Position numbers and translations under genes: made by a program. A stretch of DNA of 62,813 nucleotides, counting the filler, from Aduncisulcus paluster (lineage: Eukaryota), in NCBI GenBank assembly GCA_024181965.1. It is 7 parts of 7 records of this genome, joined end to end, with 100 filler letters (N's around TTAATTAATTAA, not from the genome) between each part and the next. Parts side by side here need not be neighbours in the genome. Positions count along the whole stretch, not along the records: positions 54,064 to 62,813 come from BQXS01000019.1; 6 more parts are not named here. One strand, given 5' to 3'. Positions 58,204-62,813 of this stretch are shown one piece after another; within the stretch, counting starts at the first letter, position 1, and each line of letters begins with the position of its first letter. The notes under the pieces were generated by a model. The model was not told the origin of the DNA and did not search any database. It saw only the letters and a program-made list of their open reading frames with translations.

Positions 58204-61098
58204 ATGTGTTTTGATAGCGATTTCTCGCTCACGTCATTTTCAATGACTTCAAGATATGATCATAGATTTGGATCGCATCTTCAGAAGTCAATCACTCTCA
58301 ATGTTGATATGCAAGATGATCCGTCAGCATCTATCCACCCCACCTCTGAAGATCCATATCAACAAATAGAAGATTCGTTGGAATTTGAATGTATTGAATT
58401 TGAAAAATCTTTGATTAGCAAACCAAAGGACTTGGAGGTTATTTCCTCGACGGTTAAAAATTTTGCTAGATCTTTCCCCAAATCCGATTGGTTAATGAAT
58501 CAACATATTACCGATATATTATTGGGTAAAATATCTCCAGTATCGCGGTTTCATCTTTATTCAATGCATTCATTTGCAAGATGCTTATTTTTCAATGGTT
58601 GTGAATTGCTTACCCATTTCCAGGGTTTCAATTGTTGTCATATGCTATTATACAAATCTATGAAATCGTTGCAATTCCCAACAAAATGCATAGAGGATTT
58701 TCAAAAACATTGGACTGTAATATGTAAAAATTTGCACTATATACATAGAATACCCCTATTTTACCGATATCAATTCCATAATGATATTTTAATTGAACAA
58801 ATTTGTCGTTTAAAATCCTTTTTGCAAATTCCTTCATCGATGGGTCCCATTCACCAGTTATTGCGAATGGAGGAAAGAAATTCACTCTATTTCAACTATT
58901 CAAACGCCTTGTGTGGAGTATACCTTGATTCTCCTGATGATGTTCCCATTGATGAAACTGATTGGATCAGGTCAATGTTCCCCCATCTCTCACTACGTCC
59001 TCTATTCGCCTTTGCTGCGAGTTCTCAGATATTCCTCGTGTATCCCCTGTGGTCCTTGGAAAAGAGCGCATTTTCTCCCCATATTAAGAATCCAGATCTA
59101 CGTCCTTCATATATTCATACACTTTTCAACGCTGACTCTTTGTCATCCAGACTTGTCACATGTGTTCTCTTCAATGAAATCGAAGGAGCAAGTTCTTTAT
59201 GTCATGTTTCCACAGATTTATGTAAAAAATTTAAGATTCTTCCATATTCTATCGAAGTTTCGACTAAATCTTTCGTTGCTGATGGTGAACACCCGAATTT
59301 GGCTGAATATTTATCTGTTGAGTCAGGAATGACCAGTATTGATGAAGTTGAGGCAGATTTTTCAACTGTAAGTTCACCTTTAGACTCTTTTAAACCCGAT
59401 ATTTCAGAGGATCTACATGCTGATACGTCAATATCACCCTCGAAACAATCTGAGCCGACTTTCACCCATAGGGATTCTCATTCAGATGATTCATCTATAT
59501 CTGATGCAGATAGAGATATTGAGCCCATTTCTATTAATTTTGAAGAGCTAATTTCTCTCAAGGAATCTCTTAAAGATATGAAGGATTCATTCATTTCTTC
59601 ATGTCCTGACTGGGATTCCATTTCCACTCTCCATGAATTAGATATCACTCTTGATGAGGAATTGCATGATCTTCGGAGAATTTATGATGACATGGAAGGA
59701 GAAGAAAGACATTATAAGAGAGCAGAAAAGAAAATGATGAAAAGGGAATCAAAATTGAAAAAGAAAGAAGATGAATATATTAAACAAACAAAACATCTTG
59801 ATTCAATAACAAAAGATGAAAAACAATTGGATGAAAAGTTTCGAAAGCTTAGAATCATCCAACATCGTTTACTGCAACAAACGGCAAGCTTGGCGGTGAT
59901 ATATGACGAACTAACTGTAAATGATTGGGCCACTCAAATTGCTTCCCGTCAACTTGGCCATTTTGAAGTCAAAGTTGAACTCCAATGTATGCAGAAAGCT
60001 CGAAAAGAAATGAGTCTTGTAAAGGTGATTGATGGAGGTGAGCAGGTCAAATATGCCTTGAAGGCAGCTGAAAAGAAGAAAAAGGTGCAAAACAGGCATA
60101 TTCGACAAATAGATATAAAAAAACAGGAACAAGATATCTTATCATTGCAAATTCAAATGGATGAAAAGCAGATTTCTCTCTTGGCAAAACAAAAAGAAGA
60201 AGAAATTGAATTGGATCGTGTTTTATTGGAAAAAAAGGCACTTAACCAAAAGAAAGCTCTTGCCATTGAGCTTAGAAAGTGTGGAAATGTTATTATTCCG
60301 GATTTTTTCACGAAGTTAGAACGATGTCATTTCCAGCAAGAAGGTAGTTCAGGAAAGAAAATGAAAGCTCTTAAAGTTAAAAATTTTTCTGATTGTACTG
60401 TCCGGTTGAGTGAAGCGGAATTAGATGCATATATTCGTCCTCTTTTCATAAGGTCTGACTCAAACCCTCTTGGATATGCTCGTGATCAAAAAGAAAAGAA
60501 AACTCCATATACGAAATTTAAGGTAAAAAGTGCATTGAGAATTGAAAATCCATATTTATTCAAGCAATACTGTGATTCTAGAGCTGCAATTCGACAGAAA
60601 TATGGTGATTATCTTATCCCTTCTTCTGGAAAAAATCCTCTTAATGTGATATCTTTTGGGAAGTCAAAGGTTCACTTATGTACTGATATTGATGAACATT
60701 TGATGTTTCATGGGTCTTCATACCAAATAATGAAGAAAATTGCCGTAAGTGGATTTGATTTTCGGGAAAGCAGGAGCGATGGTTCTGCCTTCGGAAAAGC
60801 GAATTACTTTGCTGAAGTCATTGAAAAAGCGGATCAATATTCTAGTCCAAAGGGTTCTATTGATAATAAGATATACACTGTTTTACTTGCATTGAATATT
60901 GTTGGTCCGATGCCCAATGTTCTTAAAGTGAGGGAAACAAGACCTGGTTCCACTCGGCCACCAATTATTCCGGGAAGAAAAGGGAAAGGAAGATTATACA
61001 ATAGTGTTGTTGGTCAATTTACTTATCGAGAATTCGTTCAATATGAGTTGGTATCGTCTTATCCATTGTTCATTGTATTCTATAAGAGAAAACCTTAA
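58204..61098 (+). CDS. PARP-family ADP-ribosyltransferase: unknown N-terminus, coiled coil, C-terminal catalytic domain
   Basis: 'RIENPYLFKQY', 'EHLMFHGS', 'IAVSGFD', 'FGKANYFAE...KADQYS', 'YREFVQYE...YPLFIVFY'. The H-Y-E triad is present. Confidence 0.85.
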   Translation: MCFDSDFSLTSFSMTSRYDHRFGSHLQKSITLNVDMQDDPSASIHPTSEDPYQQIEDSLEFECIEFEKSLISKPKDLEVISSTVKNFARSFPKSDWLMNQHITDILLGKISPVSRFHLYSMHSFARCLFFNGCELLTHFQGFNCCHMLLYKSMKSLQFPTKCIEDFQKHWTVICKNLHYIHRIPLFYRYQFHNDILIEQICRLKSFLQIPSSMGPIHQLLRMEERNSLYFNYSNALCGVYLDSPDDVPIDETDWIRSMFPHLSLRPLFAFAASSQIFLVYPLWSLEKSAFSPHIKNPDLRPSYIHTLFNADSLSSRLVTCVLFNEIEGASSLCHVSTDLCKKFKILPYSIEVSTKSFVADGEHPNLAEYLSVESGMTSIDEVEADFSTVSSPLDSFKPDISEDLHADTSISPSKQSEPTFTHRDSHSDDSSISDADRDIEPISINFEELISLKESLKDMKDSFISSCPDWDSISTLHELDITLDEELHDLRRIYDDMEGEERHYKRAEKKMMKRESKLKKKEDEYIKQTKHLDSITKDEKQLDEKFRKLRIIQHRLLQQTASLAVIYDELTVNDWATQIASRQLGHFEVKVELQCMQKARKEMSLVKVIDGGEQVKYALKAAEKKKKVQNRHIRQIDIKKQEQDILSLQIQMDEKQISLLAKQKEEEIELDRVLLEKKALNQKKALAIELRKCGNVIIPDFFTKLERCHFQQEGSSGKKMKALKVKNFSDCTVRLSEAELDAYIRPLFIRSDSNPLGYARDQKEKKTPYTKFKVKSALRIENPYLFKQYCDSRAAIRQKYGDYLIPSSGKNPLNVISFGKSKVHLCTDIDEHLMFHGSSYQIMKKIAVSGFDFRESRSDGSAFGKANYFAEVIEKADQYSSPKGSIDNKIYTVLLALNIVGPMPNVLKVRETRPGSTRPPIIPGRKGKGRLYNSVVGQFTYREFVQYELVSSYPLFIVFYKRKP

Positions 61099-61129
61099 TA
61101 TCAATCCAATTTCGGTCATATTCTAATGT

Positions 61130-62813
61130 TTACCAGCTCTTTGAACCCATAATATCGTCAAATCTCGATGATATCGACACCTTATCTTGAAATTTCTTAT
61201 GCGACGAATCCATAAATAAGGCCGAACAATTACCGATGAATTTCATTTCCGATAGATCAACGTAATCTCTCCCTGTGCTTTGAGCACAACTCATTGTCTT
61301 GAAATCAGGAGAAGACAGAGCAAAGGATATCAAACCTCCAAGAGCTGGATCAATGCTTTCTAATAGACCCTTCAAAGAATCATCAGCACCATCCTCAATT
61401 TCTTCTTCCTCTTTCTCTTCCTCCTTCTTTTTGTCTCCTTTCTTTCTCATCATCTCGTTCNNNNNNNNNNNNNNNNNNNNCCTTATCTTGAAATTTCTTA
61501 TGCGACGAATCCATAAATAAGGCCGAACAATTACCGATGAATTTCATTTCCGATAGATCAACGTAATCTCTCCCTGTGCTTTGAGCACAACTCATTGTCT
61601 TGAAATCAGGAGAAGACAGAGCAAAGGATATCAAACCTCCAAGAGCTGGATCAATGCTTTCTAATAGACCCTTCAAAGAATCATCAGCACCATCCTCAAT
61701 TTCTTCTTCCTCTTTCTCTTCCTCCTTCTTTTTGTCTCCTTTCTTTCTCATCATCTCGTTCAGTTCACTCCAACCTTCCTCGACAGAGTCTAATTCATTC
61801 ATCGCAGCAGTCAAAACACTGAGATAAATCGGACAAATGAATAAATGTGTCTTGGACGAAGTGATGGTTGATGCTTCATCACAATCATATACATGGTGTG
61901 TGTCTGCATGGTGTGTGTCTGGATGGTGTGATGGAGAGGAAGGAGAGAGAGTAATGGGATCAGTTCCAACTGTAACAAGATCACGCCATTGTCCTTTTCT
62001 ATCAGGCCCAGAACGACCATAAAACTTAAATCCAGCATCTTTATGCTCAGTTTCATCACATGGGGGACAAGAACAGGACCATTCCTGGTGCATGTGTCCA
62101 GCATGCCAGTCGGAAATGCACGGATAACACCTGAAATGAGAGAGTAAAGATGTTAACACTGGGGATCCGAGACCATTCGAAGGTACAGAATCACCTCGAC
62201 CACTGTGCATCTTCTGCCGTTTCTGAACAGATTCAATATATTCCTTCTCTTTCAAAGCATCAACTTGAAGATGTTTTTGAAGCTTAGATATGTCACCGAA
62301 GGTTGAAATTGTTCGAACCCAATCATGAGAGAGGAAAATAGATCTCTTTGGAGGACATAAAGATCGAATTTTGGAGAATAAAGGATTATCCAAAGAAGAT
62401 TCATCATCTGTCCATTCATTTAACTTCGAGTACATGCAACACATCATGTCAGTATCAAGTTTACGATGTTGGTACACACCTTTGAGTTGGGATACACCTC
62501 GTAGGGGCACAGATTCTTTATGGGGCGACGATAGAATAGAATGACCAATTCCACTTATCCCACTCACACGTAAAAAGTCAACACTTACAACATCTTTCCC
62601 TTTTCTTACCTCTTTCATGAGAATAACAGATCCACTAAAACCCAAATAATAGATATTCGGAGCAATCCAACCACCATATGGAGTTTGAAGTAAAAATTCA
62701 CTGCATTCGTGATTACCCGATATTAAAATTGTTAAATATGGTGCAACTTGAGTTCCATCTGAATATTTGTGAAAGGATCCCATGGTACGATATCTAGGAG
62801 GACACGCAAGAGA
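61130..62813 (-). CDS. DBR1: RNA lariat debranching enzyme, 5'-truncated by the window edge; 301-bp gap duplication near the 3' end
   Basis: 'LACPPRYRTMGSFHKYSDG..VAPYLTILISGNHE...YGGWIAPNIYYLG', 'SGISGI', 'FLSHDW', 'LGSP', 'WHAGHMH'. Confidence 0.92.

Overview
Eukaryotic, AT-rich, gene-dense protist DNA, not prokaryotic. It has short GT-AG spliceosomal introns, histone H2A, katanin p60, a HYDIN-like protein, an IFT22-like GTPase, DBR1 and a PARP. The gene content and the expanded 'HLSIPF...KGAYICV...WHFLPIDL..VVLCEI' family resemble a free-living fornicate/metamonad such as Aduncisulcus; this is an inference from memory, not a search result. The window is seven unlinked contigs joined by six artificial 100-nt linkers (N44-TTAATTAATTAA-N44). 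It also has nine 20-N gaps whose flanks are duplicated, which splits many genes into apparent ORF pairs; I rejoined them by removing the duplicate. Highlights: (1) a lineage-specific tandem beta-domain family (probable APC10/DOC-like jelly-roll) with five loci on three contigs and hypervariable positions alternating with invariant ones, a candidate diversified cytosolic recognition system; (2) an H2A.X with a (KG)10 tail and a histone-type 3' stem-loop; (3) a DPE2-type GH77 4-alpha-glucanotransferase whose nucleophile Asp reads Asn; (4) a giant (>2,600 aa) LRR/EGF-like surface protein; (5) a bacterial-like domain that may be an LGT; (6) a transposon-rich contig with a Ty3/Gypsy RT fused back-to-back with an RLE-type non-LTR element, plus a PIF/Harbinger-ISL2EU-like right end on another contig; (7) tRNA-Asn(GTT), four readable introns and an FKBP pseudogene fragment missed by the ORF track.
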